Source: a virus
Direction: 5' to 3' (one strand)
IMG/VR virus record: IMGVR_UViG_3300035703_000034
Coordinates: 42,381-106,380 of that record
DNA length: 64,000 bases
Below, one piece after another: positions 1 through 9,347 of this stretch; positions within the stretch are counted from its first letter, which is position 1, and each line of letters opens with the position of its first letter. The position numbers were made by a program, and so were the translations under genes. The notes beneath the pieces were generated by a model. That model was not told the origin of the DNA, ran no database searches, and worked only from the letters and a program-made list of their open reading frames with translations.

Positions 1-111
1 CGCGGGTCAGCTGATGGCGCTCCGCCAGCTCGGCCTCGCCTGATACCGGTCTAAGTAAAAACGGCGCGAGGCGAGTAACGTCGGCTCGCGCCGTTTCTCT
101 AGGAGGCTGCC

Positions 112-1557
112 GTGCCCAACGATTTTTCGTTCGCGCCCCACGAGAACGACCCCACCGACATCGCCAAAAACCCTTGGAAGCATCACGCCAGCGCCGCCGC
201 CGCCGGCGGGGCGACCGGCGCTGCCATCGGTACGGCGCTCGGAGCCTGGGCAGGCGCCGGCAAAGGCTTCAAGTCCATGCTCGGGCATGCCGGCGCCGGT
301 GCGCTCTTCGGGGGCGGCCTCGGCACGGGTCTGGGCTATCACAAGTCCGAAAAGAAGCAGCGAACCGTCGAGCAGGCCTACGGCGCCAACGATCCGTTTG
401 CCATGGACAAGCTGAGTTACGACCAGGCCCACGACGCCGGGCGGCAGTTTGCGTGGCGGATGCTGCGCGAGAAGCTGGCGCACCTGGGTCCGCTTGCGCC
501 GCTGGGGCTGCTCGACGGCTCGCTGCAGGCTCCAGCGCTGCCCCAGGTCCCTAGAGGGAGCACGTTTAACCCCCGCGACTTCGACTTCGACGGCTTGCTG
601 GTGCCCATGAAGCAGACCCCCGGAGGACGTGTCAGAAACGAGCTTCCGATCGCCTCTGACTGGGCGTCCGTGCAGCGCGGGGGGCGAGGCAAGCCGCGTG
701 TGGTAACGGTGCACCCCAAGCTGCTGGTGAGTCCCGAGCGGGCTTTGGCGCTGAAACACCAGGTCACACGAAACTCGACGACCGGCGGAGACGCGCTGGC
801 CATGGAGCACGCGGCCAACGTCGCCCTGGTGGAGGAGCACAACCGGAATGTCCTGAACGCGCACTTTGCCGGGCACCCGCACCGCGCGCACCTCGTGGAC
901 TACGTCCTGCAAAAGCACCGTGAAAATCACCAGGATTACTTTGACTTCGACAGGTTCGAAGGCAACGTGAGGCGCGTGGCCCCGGAGCCGCCGCGCTCGC
1001 AAACCGCCGCGCGTACGAGCGGCGCACCGTCTGGTACACCTGCGCAGGTTTCTCCCGCCGCCGCTGCGAGTGCGTCCACTACGTCCGCGGCGGGCGCTGC
1101 GACTTCGACCCCGCATGCAAGCTCCGGCGCGGCGTCGTCAGCTGCCAGCTCCGCAGCCGGCGCTCCCACTGCCCAGGCCACCGGCGCTCCCACGGCCCAG
1201 GCCACCGGCGCTCCCACGGCCCAGGCCACCGGCGCTCCCACTGCCCAGGCCACCGGCGCTCCCACGGCCCAGGCCACCGGCGCTCCCACTGCCCAGGCCA
1301 CCGGCGCTCCCACGGCCCAGGCCACCGGTGCGGCGTCGACCACGCACGGCTCGAACCGTCAGCCACGCTCGGTCGCGCCTCCACAGCAGACCCTCTCAGA
1401 AGCAGCGACCGACTTGTGGACGAACCACAAAGGCAAGCTCGGCCTCGGCGCCGCGGCGCTGGGCCTCTCGGGTCTCGGCTACTACGCGTACATGCAAAAC
1501 GAGCGGCGCAACGCCGATCAGCTGTTCCAGCCGCGCGAAGACGTGATGGGCGCGTGA
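112..1557 (+). CDS. Gly-zipper/TM protein with Ala-Thr-rich repeat linker; putative internal virion (ejection) protein
   Basis: GGAGG SD before GTG; N-terminal GxxxG zipper (GGATGAAIGTALGAWAG); (GAPTAQAT)x7; C-terminal hydrophobic helix; upstream of head genes. Confidence 0.65.
   Translation: MPNDFSFAPHENDPTDIAKNPWKHHASAAAAGGATGAAIGTALGAWAGAGKGFKSMLGHAGAGALFGGGLGTGLGYHKSEKKQRTVEQAYGANDPFAMDKLSYDQAHDAGRQFAWRMLREKLAHLGPLAPLGLLDGSLQAPALPQVPRGSTFNPRDFDFDGLLVPMKQTPGGRVRNELPIASDWASVQRGGRGKPRVVTVHPKLLVSPERALALKHQVTRNSTTGGDALAMEHAANVALVEEHNRNVLNAHFAGHPHRAHLVDYVLQKHRENHQDYFDFDRFEGNVRRVAPEPPRSQTAARTSGAPSGTPAQVSPAAAASASTTSAAGAATSTPHASSGAASSAASSAAGAPTAQATGAPTAQATGAPTAQATGAPTAQATGAPTAQATGAPTAQATGAPTAQATGAASTTHGSNRQPRSVAPPQQTLSEAATDLWTNHKGKLGLGAAALGLSGLGYYAYMQNERRNADQLFQPREDVMGA
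1159..1326 (+). repeat. 7 x 24-bp in-frame tandem repeat GGCGCTCCCAC[T/G]GCCCAGGCCACC
   Basis: Read directly; encodes GAPTAQAT x7. Confidence 0.95.
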
Positions 1558-3311
1558 CCGTGGTCGCACCCGACGAACGCATTAAGCAGCGGATTCTGGC
1601 TGACCCCTACGGCGAGGCGGACGTCATCATCCACCGCTCGCGCGACATCGGCGCGACGGTCGGCAGCGTGGTTCCCATCGTGGGACCCTTGGTGGGCGCG
1701 AACGTCGGCCGCGTGCATGGCATGTACAAGGCGGTGCAGCTGCACGACCAAGCAGCAAAGGAGTATGCGGCGCGGGGCGGTCACCTGAACGTTCTGGCCC
1801 GGCACCCGTACGCCACTGGCCTGGTGTCGACCGCGGGTTTGTTTCCGGTCGGCGCAGGCACAGCGGGGCTCGCCATCGGGCATCAGCTGTCGCGCGCCGC
1901 CGTCCCGCAAGACCTCGCCGCAGCCCGCGCCACCACCGACGACGAGAAGCTGGACCACCCGTACGAGCTGCTGACGCGCAACACCGTCGGCGGCGAGCTC
2001 ATCGGCGGCGCCCTGGTCGGAACGGCCGGAACGCTCGCGGGCCGTCACTACGGCCAGACGCACGCCGGTGCCATCAATGCGAGCCTGACGAAAACCGAGG
2101 AGCTCGGACGCAAGTTTCTGGCCGGCGACCTGGGCCTCCCAATCTCGCGCACCCCCCGGGGAATCAACATGCCGGGCAACTTCTGGAAGTACGGCCTCGG
2201 CGTGACAGGCGCGGTCACCGGGTTTGGCGTCGGCGCGGCGCTGGGGTCGGTGCCTGGCATCCTCGGCACCATCAAAGAGCACGGCGAGGCGGCCGCGCGC
2301 GCCGAGGCCAAGGGGCAGAAGCTCCCCTACCTGGTACGCTCGCCCTACCTGGCTTACCTCGGGGCCGGTGCGGTGACCACGCCCATCGGCCTGGGCGGCG
2401 CGAAGAACCTCGCCTTTGAAAACGTCATCCAGTACAAGCGCCAGCAAAAGACCCCGCCCGCCGACCTGTCGGCGGATCTGGGCGGGTTTGCGAGTCATCT
2501 GCACCGCACCTACCTCGGACAGCCCGAGGCCGCGGTTGCGAAAAAGAAGCCCACCCGCACCAAACGTGCTGCAGCCCACAGTTCCCAAGGAGGAAGCCCG
2601 ATGCCCAGTCCGCTGCCAACCCCGACCGTCGCCGCACCGCCCGGTCCCGTTCCGGTGCAGCCGCAAGGAAGCGCGCTACCCCCCAAGATGCCGTTCATCG
2701 TCAGCCATCCGTACCTGGCGTCAGCCGGCTACAACGTGGCTGGTGGTGCGCTGGGCGCGGGCGTTGGGTCGCTGTCCGGTGGTGTGGCGGGCAAGCTCGT
2801 CCGGCCGGTGGCAAACGCCGTTGAGGCGGGCCTCAACGCCTACGTCAAGACACCCATGGAAGGCCGCTTCAGCGTGCCGCTGCATCTTGCTGCCGCAGCG
2901 GCGGCCCGCGGTGCCAACGTGCTCGGCCGAGCGGCTGAAACCGGCGGACGGCTGGCTGGTGGCGTGGCGGGTGCCGGGGCGGGCCTGCTGGCGGGCGACG
3001 TCGCCGCCGTCGCGCACCACTTGCATGATCGTTTGGAGTACGCACGGACGTTGCGCAGCGCCGGTCACTCGGACCGGCTGCCGTTCGTGGTCGAGCATCC
3101 GTACCTGACACGCGCGCCGATGTCCCTCCTCCCGGTCATCGGCCAGTACGGGATCGCGCCCGCTGTGCATTACAACGCGCGCAACGCCTTCGAAGACAGC
3201 TTCCGTGAAGCTGCCAAGCGTCCGGTCGCGCCGACGGAGAAGGCGGCCGCGATGCAGGACGCCTACGCCGCCGGCCGCACGTTTGCCTACCAGCTGGCGC
3301 AGCAAGTCTGA
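1554..3311 (+). CDS. Multi Gly-zipper protein, putative internal virion protein (possible internal start at 2601)
   Basis: GTG overlaps upstream stop (GTGA); repeated GxxxG helices and HPY/SPY motifs; C-terminal EKAAAMQDAYAAGRTFA. Confidence 0.65.
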   Translation: MTVVAPDERIKQRILADPYGEADVIIHRSRDIGATVGSVVPIVGPLVGANVGRVHGMYKAVQLHDQAAKEYAARGGHLNVLARHPYATGLVSTAGLFPVGAGTAGLAIGHQLSRAAVPQDLAAARATTDDEKLDHPYELLTRNTVGGELIGGALVGTAGTLAGRHYGQTHAGAINASLTKTEELGRKFLAGDLGLPISRTPRGINMPGNFWKYGLGVTGAVTGFGVGAALGSVPGILGTIKEHGEAAARAEAKGQKLPYLVRSPYLAYLGAGAVTTPIGLGGAKNLAFENVIQYKRQQKTPPADLSADLGGFASHLHRTYLGQPEAAVAKKKPTRTKRAAAHSSQGGSPMPSPLPTPTVAAPPGPVPVQPQGSALPPKMPFIVSHPYLASAGYNVAGGALGAGVGSLSGGVAGKLVRPVANAVEAGLNAYVKTPMEGRFSVPLHLAAAAAARGANVLGRAAETGGRLAGGVAGAGAGLLAGDVAAVAHHLHDRLEYARTLRSAGHSDRLPFVVEHPYLTRAPMSLLPVIGQYGIAPAVHYNARNAFEDSFREAAKRPVAPTEKAAAMQDAYAAGRTFAYQLAQQV

Positions 3312-3316
3312 CGGGG

Positions 3317-3338
3317 TTTTTCGCGCGCGGCTGATAGT
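3317..3338 (+). promoter_or_regulatory. Candidate phage late promoter TTTTTC-N7-GCTGATAGT
   Basis: Upstream of prohead protease. Confidence 0.5.
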
Positions 3339-3371
3339 TCATGTGGAGCCTGAACCGGCCACGGAGCCAGC

Positions 3372-4757
3372 ATGACCGATCAGCCGTTTGAGAAACGCAT
3401 CGACCTTGCCCACGACTACCTCAACGAGGGGGAGTCGCGCGTGGTGCCGCTCGCCGTCTCGTACGGCCAGCTGACCGTCGACGATCGCGCGAGCCGCGGC
3501 CACGTGAAGACCGCCGCGGCCGAAGAGGCCCTGGCTGCCTGCGCCAACGTCAAGCCGCAGGCCGACCGGGTCTACGCGCTCGTCATCGGGCTGGGTTCTT
3601 CCGAGTTCTGGGGCGTCAACAACAACGGCGACAGCTTCCCGGAGAACGCCCTGCTGGGCCTGCCGCCGGTCGACTCGCCGATGGCGTTCTTCGACAAGTA
3701 CAAGGCGCGCATCCGGCCGGGCTGGGGCTACAAGACCTTCCTCAAGGGCCACGTCTTCGAGGAGCACCGCAACTCCAACCCGCGCTTCGCCATCGGCGGC
3801 ATCCAGGACACCTTTTGGAACAACCGCATGCACCGCGTCGAGAACCTCATCTGGATCGACCGGAAGAAAGGCAAGAAGTGGGCCGAGCGCCTCGACGCCG
3901 GCAAGACGATCGGCACGAGCATGGCCTGCAAGGTGCCCTTCGACCGCTGCAGCCTGTGCAGCAACCTCGCGCCCACCCGCGCGCAGTACTGCCCGCACCT
4001 CAAGCCCGGCACCAGCGCCTACCAGCTGCGGCAAATTCGCGACGACGGCCTCGCCGTCAGCATGATCAACGACTTCCCGCACTTCTTCGACGAGAGCTGC
4101 GTGGAGAACCCGGCCGCCCCCGAGGCGCTTTCCATCATGAAGGTCGCTAGCGACGCGGCCAAGGTCGCGGCCCGGAAGCAGGCCGAGCTGAAGAAGACCG
4201 GGCCGGACCTCCCGCTCGACGTGATGCTCGACGACGTCAAGCAGCTCTACCAGTCCGAGCCGCACCTGCCCGCCTCCGTGATCGACAAGCTGCGGCAGTT
4301 CCCGCTGACGGACGTCACGGCCGGGCTCAAGAAGCTCGGCATGGCGCTGCGGCCCTCCGAGATGTTCGCGCTGTGCTACGGGGCGGACGCGCTGCCGACC
4401 AAAGTGGCGCGCGACCTCGACGACCAGGTCTGGGTGGCGCCCGTGCGCGACGGCTACGACCCGCGCCTCGCCGAGGCGGCCCAAGTGAAGATCGCGAGCC
4501 TGCCGGACCCCCGCGCCACCCAGCGCGTGGTCGACCTGCTCACGCCCTTCGCCACGAAGCGCAGCTACCTCGAGCCCTACCTGACGCCCCGGCTGATGCA
4601 GACCCCCGTCAAGGCGGCCCATGCGATCGTGGCGCGGCCCGACCTGCAGCCCTACCTCGATGCCTACCACGGCCTGTACAAGCGTGCGAGCGGCGAGTTC
4701 GGCTACGGCGCGACCCAGCTGTACGCGACCTACCAGGGCCTGCACGGAGCGTGGTGA
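3372..4757 (+). CDS. Prohead maturation protease with Zn-finger
   Basis: N-x-N-G-D-x-F, F-x-x-H-x-N and TSMACKVPFDRCSLC...YCPHL motifs typical of large-phage prohead proteases; upstream of capsid gene. Confidence 0.75.
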   Translation: MTDQPFEKRIDLAHDYLNEGESRVVPLAVSYGQLTVDDRASRGHVKTAAAEEALAACANVKPQADRVYALVIGLGSSEFWGVNNNGDSFPENALLGLPPVDSPMAFFDKYKARIRPGWGYKTFLKGHVFEEHRNSNPRFAIGGIQDTFWNNRMHRVENLIWIDRKKGKKWAERLDAGKTIGTSMACKVPFDRCSLCSNLAPTRAQYCPHLKPGTSAYQLRQIRDDGLAVSMINDFPHFFDESCVENPAAPEALSIMKVASDAAKVAARKQAELKKTGPDLPLDVMLDDVKQLYQSEPHLPASVIDKLRQFPLTDVTAGLKKLGMALRPSEMFALCYGADALPTKVARDLDDQVWVAPVRDGYDPRLAEAAQVKIASLPDPRATQRVVDLLTPFATKRSYLEPYLTPRLMQTPVKAAHAIVARPDLQPYLDAYHGLYKRASGEFGYGATQLYATYQGLHGAW

Positions 4758-5074
4758 TGCGCCCTTACGAAGCGTACTGGCTGCACAAACAGGCGAGCGA
4801 CGGCGTCGACTGGCACGCCCTGCGGCAGAAGACCCACGACCACCTGCACGCCGCCCAAGCGTACTGGCAAGCCAACAAGCCCGCGATGCTGCGCTCGACG
4901 GCGAACAACCTGATGTACGGGCTGCTCACCAGCCGGGCGACAGGGCCGGTCTCGCTGGTCGGCTCGAGCACGGGCGGCGTCATCGACGGCATGCTGTTCC
5001 GGCCCGCGACGGACGCCACGATCAACCTGGTGGGGACGGGCTTACGAAAGTTTTACGGTTTGGGTGAAAAATAG
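4757..5074 (+). CDS. Hypothetical head-associated protein
   Basis: ATG overlaps protease stop (TGATG); KQAS motif near N-terminus. Confidence 0.6.
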   Translation: MRPYEAYWLHKQASDGVDWHALRQKTHDHLHAAQAYWQANKPAMLRSTANNLMYGLLTSRATGPVSLVGSSTGGVIDGMLFRPATDATINLVGTGLRKFYGLGEK

Positions 5075-5116
5075 GCCAACGACGATAATTCATTTGGCAA
5101 AAGGAGGATTCGCGGC

Positions 5117-5659
5117 ATGTCGAGCACCTACATCCAGAGCCTGATCGACGAGATCACGGCGAGCCAGGCTACGAAGCTGGCGTCCGATCACGAGAAGGAC
5201 GAGAAGCACGAGAAGTCCGACAAGAAGGACGACAAGTCCGACAAGAAGGATCGCGGCCGCGAGTTCTTCGAGAAGATGCGCGGCAAGAAGGACGACGAGA
5301 AGAAGGCGGCGGTCAAGACCGCGGCCGAGCGCGCGGCGTTCGACCTGTTCGCCGAGGTCGCGGACCTCCCGGACGATCTGCGCAAGCTGGCGGCCATGGA
5401 GGCGGAGGCGGAGTTCTTCGCCGACCTGCAACGGCAGCAGGCCTTCGGCTTCGGCGGCGCCGCCAAGCAGGCGAGCGACGACGAGTACGCGGCGCTGTTC
5501 AACGAGGTCTTCGAGGCCCACACGGCCAAGCTGGCGTCGTTCGACCCGGACTACGCCGTGATGCTCGCCGAGGAGCAGCAGAAGATGGCGTTCAACCAGG
5601 GCTTTGAAGACGCCATGGCCGAGCTGCAGGCGCAGATCAACCCCCTGTCGCAGTTCTGA
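5117..5659 (+). CDS. Scaffold-like helical protein, paralog 1
   Basis: AAGGAGG SD; charged helical sequence; LFxxxFEAHTAKLAxxDPxYAxML motif; many KxA motifs. Confidence 0.7.
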   Translation: MSSTYIQSLIDEITASQATKLASDHEKDEKHEKSDKKDDKSDKKDRGREFFEKMRGKKDDEKKAAVKTAAERAAFDLFAEVADLPDDLRKLAAMEAEAEFFADLQRQQAFGFGGAAKQASDDEYAALFNEVFEAHTAKLASFDPDYAVMLAEEQQKMAFNQGFEDAMAELQAQINPLSQF

Positions 5660-5669
5660 GGAGACCTCC

Positions 5670-5906
5670 GTGAAGACGATCGATCAGGCCGTGGCGGAGA
5701 ACGCCTACTGGGATCAGCTGGTGCAGAAGCAGGCAGCTGATACTTTCTACAGCGATCTTTTCGACGCGGCGTTCGAGCGCCAGACCGAAAAGCTCGCGGC
5801 GCTGGACCCCGACTATGCCGCGATGCTGTTCCAGGAGCAGCAGAAGCAGGCATTCAACCAGGCTTATGCCGAGACCCTGGCCCAGGCTCAGGCAACAGCT
5901 TGGTAG
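5670..5906 (+). CDS. Scaffold-like helical protein, paralog 2
   Basis: GAGGAG SD then GTG at 5670; LFDAAFERQTEKLAALDPDYAAML. Confidence 0.7.
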   Translation: MKTIDQAVAENAYWDQLVQKQAADTFYSDLFDAAFERQTEKLAALDPDYAAMLFQEQQKQAFNQAYAETLAQAQATAW

Positions 5907-5919
5907 AAGGTGACTTGAG

Positions 5920-6153
5920 ATGTCCGTCTACCACCAGATGATGATGCAGCTCCACGAGCAGGAGCTTGCCAAGCAGGCCGCCATGGCGGAGGCCGTCGAC
6001 ACCGAGGCGCTGTTCGACGCGGCGTTCGAGGCCCACACGGCCAAGCTGGCTGCGCTCGACCCCGCCTACGCGGCGATGCTGCACGCCGAGCAGGAGAAGA
6101 CCGCGGCGTTCGAGGCCGCGTACTACACCACGCTGCAGGCGCTGGGAGGCTAG
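5920..6153 (+). CDS. Scaffold-like helical protein, paralog 3
   Basis: LFDAAFEAHTAKLAALDPAYAAML. Confidence 0.7.
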   Translation: MSVYHQMMMQLHEQELAKQAAMAEAVDTEALFDAAFEAHTAKLAALDPAYAAMLHAEQEKTAAFEAAYYTTLQALGG

Positions 6154-6156
6154 ACC

Positions 6157-6366
6157 ATGAGCTGGGAGCACGAGCGCCACGCGCGGATCCAGGAAGCCAC
6201 GGCCATGCTCAAGGCGGCCCGCGACGTGCTCGAGCACGCGCTGCCGCTCGTCGAGACCGGCGGCATGGACCCCGCGCAGGCGATCCTGGCAAAGAAGGCC
6301 AGCATCTACAAGAACCTGAAGTACGCCGACCTCGCGCAGGCGTACCGGTCCGCACAGGGACACTGA
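6157..6366 (+). CDS. Hypothetical protein
   Basis: GGAGG SD; tightly packed in head operon. Confidence 0.6.
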   Translation: MSWEHERHARIQEATAMLKAARDVLEHALPLVETGGMDPAQAILAKKASIYKNLKYADLAQAYRSAQGH

Positions 6367-6367
6367 C

Positions 6368-7309
6368 GTGTCAGGGCCCGTCTCGGCCGATCTCCACCGG
6401 TTCATCGTCAACCCGGAGAACAGCAGCCTCGTGCTGTCGGCCGCGCGGCACCTGCTCTACCGCCCGGCAGACTTCCTGTACACGAAGCTGCGCGGACTGC
6501 CCGCAAACCCCCGGGGCAACCTCTGGCACGGCCTGAACCCCGAAACCTGGGGCGCGGGCCTGGCGCGCGCAGGGGAGCGCGCCGACGCGTCGCTCGGACG
6601 CATGACGGGCGGCACGCGCAAGGAGATGGTCACGCTCAACCGCGACCACCTGCAGCGCATCGGCGACACGCTCGCCGACTGGGAGCGCCGCCCCGACATG
6701 AAGGCGCACGCCGGCCGCGTGCGCAAGCAGTTCGATGATCTGCTGCACCAGCACCACGCGCCCGGGACCACCTTGGACCAGGTGCTTCAAAACAGTCGCA
6801 GTGCTGATAATTACAAGGTAACGCTGCACGACGTGCTTTTGCCGTCCGCCACGGGCGAGGTCGGCAAGACCGTCAAGACGATCGCGGCCGACGGTGCGGC
6901 GCTGTACGGGTCGGCCGAGATCGTGAACCAAGTCAACCGGGTTGCCAACCAAAAGACCCCATCGGAGGACCGTATGTCAGACATGGCCGCCGTCAAAGCC
7001 GCCCTCGAGCAACTCGAAAAGGCCGCGCGGATCCTGGAAGAGATCCCTGCCCGCGACCGCGCGTACAAGCAGGCTTCGAGCCTGTACCAGCACGGCGCGA
7101 TCATGGAGCACGAGGTCGAGAAGTACGCCGCGCTGTTCTTCGAGAACCCGGACAGCGCCGACGTCGTGGCCCAGGGCTTGCTGCGCAACAGCGCGAGCGA
7201 GGTCAAGTCCGCGCGCCTGGGTGAGGTGGTTTCGGGCAGCTCCGCGTCGACGGGGGGCTCTCGTTATTCGAGTTTCGATGCCATGTGCCTCGAAGGGCTT
7301 ACCAAATAG
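6368..7309 (+). CDS. Head-associated protein with probable nested in-frame product from ATG 6974
   Basis: Long ORF; internal GGAGG-N5-ATG; KxA motifs concentrated in C-terminal part. Confidence 0.6.
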   Translation: MSGPVSADLHRFIVNPENSSLVLSAARHLLYRPADFLYTKLRGLPANPRGNLWHGLNPETWGAGLARAGERADASLGRMTGGTRKEMVTLNRDHLQRIGDTLADWERRPDMKAHAGRVRKQFDDLLHQHHAPGTTLDQVLQNSRSADNYKVTLHDVLLPSATGEVGKTVKTIAADGAALYGSAEIVNQVNRVANQKTPSEDRMSDMAAVKAALEQLEKAARILEEIPARDRAYKQASSLYQHGAIMEHEVEKYAALFFENPDSADVVAQGLLRNSASEVKSARLGEVVSGSSASTGGSRYSSFDAMCLEGLTK

Positions 7310-7315
7310 GGGCCT

Positions 7316-7336
7316 TTTTTCAAAACGGCTGATAAT
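7316..7336 (+). promoter_or_regulatory. Candidate phage late promoter TTTTTC-N6-GCTGATAAT
   Basis: Upstream of decoration/MCP; related copies at 3317-3338 (+) and 14334-14356 (-). Confidence 0.55.
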
Positions 7337-7365
7337 CCCGTTAACGGCGTAAGGAGATCAAAGCT

Positions 7366-7896
7366 ATGACCATCAGTTTCGGTAAGCCCGGACAACTGCG
7401 AAAGACGTTCAAGGACGCCAAGCTGGAGATCCAGGGCGGCGTGTACTTCCGTCACGCGTGTCCGCTGGTGGACGCCTTCAACAAGGCGAACCTCAAGGAC
7501 GGGCTCTTCCTGGCGGCTGCCGCGGGCGGCAAGTTCGACGTGGCCGCGGACGCGAACCGCGCGCTGTACCTGATCTTCACCTCGAACTCCGAGGTGATCA
7601 TCTCGCAGCCGACGTCGGCGGACGACTTCCCCGGCGACGACCGCACGGACGCTCCCACGGGCCTGTTCGGCTCCGTGCAGGCCGTGTGGCCGATCGAGCT
7701 GCTGCACACGGGTGCGCGTGGCACGGCGACGGTGGCGCTCAACAGCTACGCCGTCGGCACGGCCCTGACCGTCGTGAACGGCAGGCTGTGTCCCGCCAAC
7801 GTCGGAGGCATCACGGGGGACCGGATCGTCGGTTACGTCGAGGCGGAGCCCTCGGTGACCGGCACCAACTCCGTGCAGTGCCGCGTGTCCCTCTAA
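7366..7896 (+). CDS. Capsid decoration/cement protein (putative)
   Basis: TAAGGAG SD; beta-rich 176 aa protein immediately upstream of MCP. Confidence 0.55.
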   Translation: MTISFGKPGQLRKTFKDAKLEIQGGVYFRHACPLVDAFNKANLKDGLFLAAAAGGKFDVAADANRALYLIFTSNSEVIISQPTSADDFPGDDRTDAPTGLFGSVQAVWPIELLHTGARGTATVALNSYAVGTALTVVNGRLCPANVGGITGDRIVGYVEAEPSVTGTNSVQCRVSL

Positions 7897-7917
7897 CCGT
7901 TCCGGAGGCTTAGGATC

Positions 7918-8862
7918 ATGGATCAGGATATGCACACTCTGCAAGAAGTTCGGATGAGGAACCAGGGGCTGGTTCAGATGCTCCGCTCCGGACCCGAGGG
8001 TCACGAGAAGGTGGCCTCGGCCATCAAGGAGGAGCTGATCCTCAACTACGCACGCGAGGACGGCCTGTCGCGCCGCGCGATGCCGATGCGCCCCGTGTCG
8101 AACGCCGAGCTCACGCCCGACGCCAACAACCCCGACGTGCCCGCCATGCTGGTCCCGGTGGAGCCGGTGCTCAACGAGTACCTCGCCACCTCCGTCGACT
8201 TCATGCAGCCGTCCAAGGAGCTCTGGTTCCGCTCCAAGGTGGCCTTCGTCTACTTCAAGCCGATCAAGACGAAGACCATCACGTTGACGGAAATGCAACT
8301 TCTTGCAAATAACTTTCCCATCAGATCTTACATCGAGTCTGTCGCGCGCAACGACATTCTCGCGGTTGAAGACATCGCCCTGATCGAAGCCATCGAGCGC
8401 TGCGTGGCGAAGTTTTCTGCGACCAACGCCTTGACTTCGACCGCACCTTTGGTGAAAGATGTCATCGCGGACGGCGCGAAGGCGATGACCCGCAACCGAC
8501 TCAATGTCGAACTCATTCTTCTGAATGAAATTACATATTACGACATCTTGAAGTGGAACTCTTCGGAAGTCGGCTCTCTTGTGCTGGACGACATCGTCGA
8601 GCACGGGCCGAAGGGCGAGGAGTTCAAGTACAAGAGCTGGCTGGGCTTCAAGTGGGTGTTGACAAACAACACCGACGTGATCCCCGAGAACATCCTGTAC
8701 TACCTGCCCCCGCAGCGCTTCCTGGGCGTGTCGTACATGCTGGCCGAGGCCGAGCAGTTCCTCGAGTTCCGGGACGGCATCCTGCGCACGAACACCCGCG
8801 AGATCATCGGCCGCAACCTGATGAACCCCCGCGGTCCCATCAAGCACACGCTGTCGGCCTAG
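7918..8862 (+). CDS. Major capsid protein (HK97 fold, putative)
   Basis: 314 aa; position after protease/scaffold/decoration; REDGLSRR, EDxxLI and YYLPPQRFLG motifs recalled from large-phage MCPs; N-terminal EKVAS possible cleavage site. Confidence 0.75.
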   Translation: MDQDMHTLQEVRMRNQGLVQMLRSGPEGHEKVASAIKEELILNYAREDGLSRRAMPMRPVSNAELTPDANNPDVPAMLVPVEPVLNEYLATSVDFMQPSKELWFRSKVAFVYFKPIKTKTITLTEMQLLANNFPIRSYIESVARNDILAVEDIALIEAIERCVAKFSATNALTSTAPLVKDVIADGAKAMTRNRLNVELILLNEITYYDILKWNSSEVGSLVLDDIVEHGPKGEEFKYKSWLGFKWVLTNNTDVIPENILYYLPPQRFLGVSYMLAEAEQFLEFRDGILRTNTREIIGRNLMNPRGPIKHTLSA

Positions 8863-8957
8863 AACGGGCTTACCCGGGCGGCGGCCCCGTGACATCTGTC
8901 GCGGCGGCCGCCGTTTGGTTCGTATCCGCCGCAGCACCCCATTGAAGGAGGACTTCC

Positions 8958-9299
8958 GTGAAGCAGCACGAGACCGTCCAGGTCCGTAACCTCTCCGCCG
9001 GTGCCATCTGCATCGCGCACGTCACGCTCCCTGGCGGCGAGCTCGGCGCGATCAACGCCAAGCGCTTCCAGCTCTGGTTCGACAAGGGCGGTAAGCGACT
9101 GTTTGACGCCGGCCTCGTCGCCTTCGCGCAGCCGGCCGTGGCCGCCGCGCCCGCGAAGCCCGCCGCGCCCGAGCCCGTCGAAACCCCCGCCCCGGAGCCG
9201 GTCGCGGAGCCCGCGCCGATCGCCGAGGTGGAGGAGGCCCCCGCGGCCGAAGAAGCCGACGACGAGCCCAAGCGGGGCCGCACGACCCGCCGCCGCTAA
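8958..9299 (+). CDS. Hypothetical protein with Pro/Ala/Glu linker and basic tail
   Basis: AAGGAGG SD; typical post-MCP gene. Confidence 0.65.
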   Translation: MKQHETVQVRNLSAGAICIAHVTLPGGELGAINAKRFQLWFDKGGKRLFDAGLVAFAQPAVAAAPAKPAAPEPVETPAPEPVAEPAPIAEVEEAPAAEEADDEPKRGRTTRRR

Positions 9300-9347
9300 G
9301 CCGCTTATCGACCGCTCAACGGAGCGGTCGCGCTCCAGGGGGCCGCC

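Noticed and set aside
1159-1326. 24-bp repeat as CRISPR or iteron array
   Set aside because: Contiguous in-frame coding repeat without spacers
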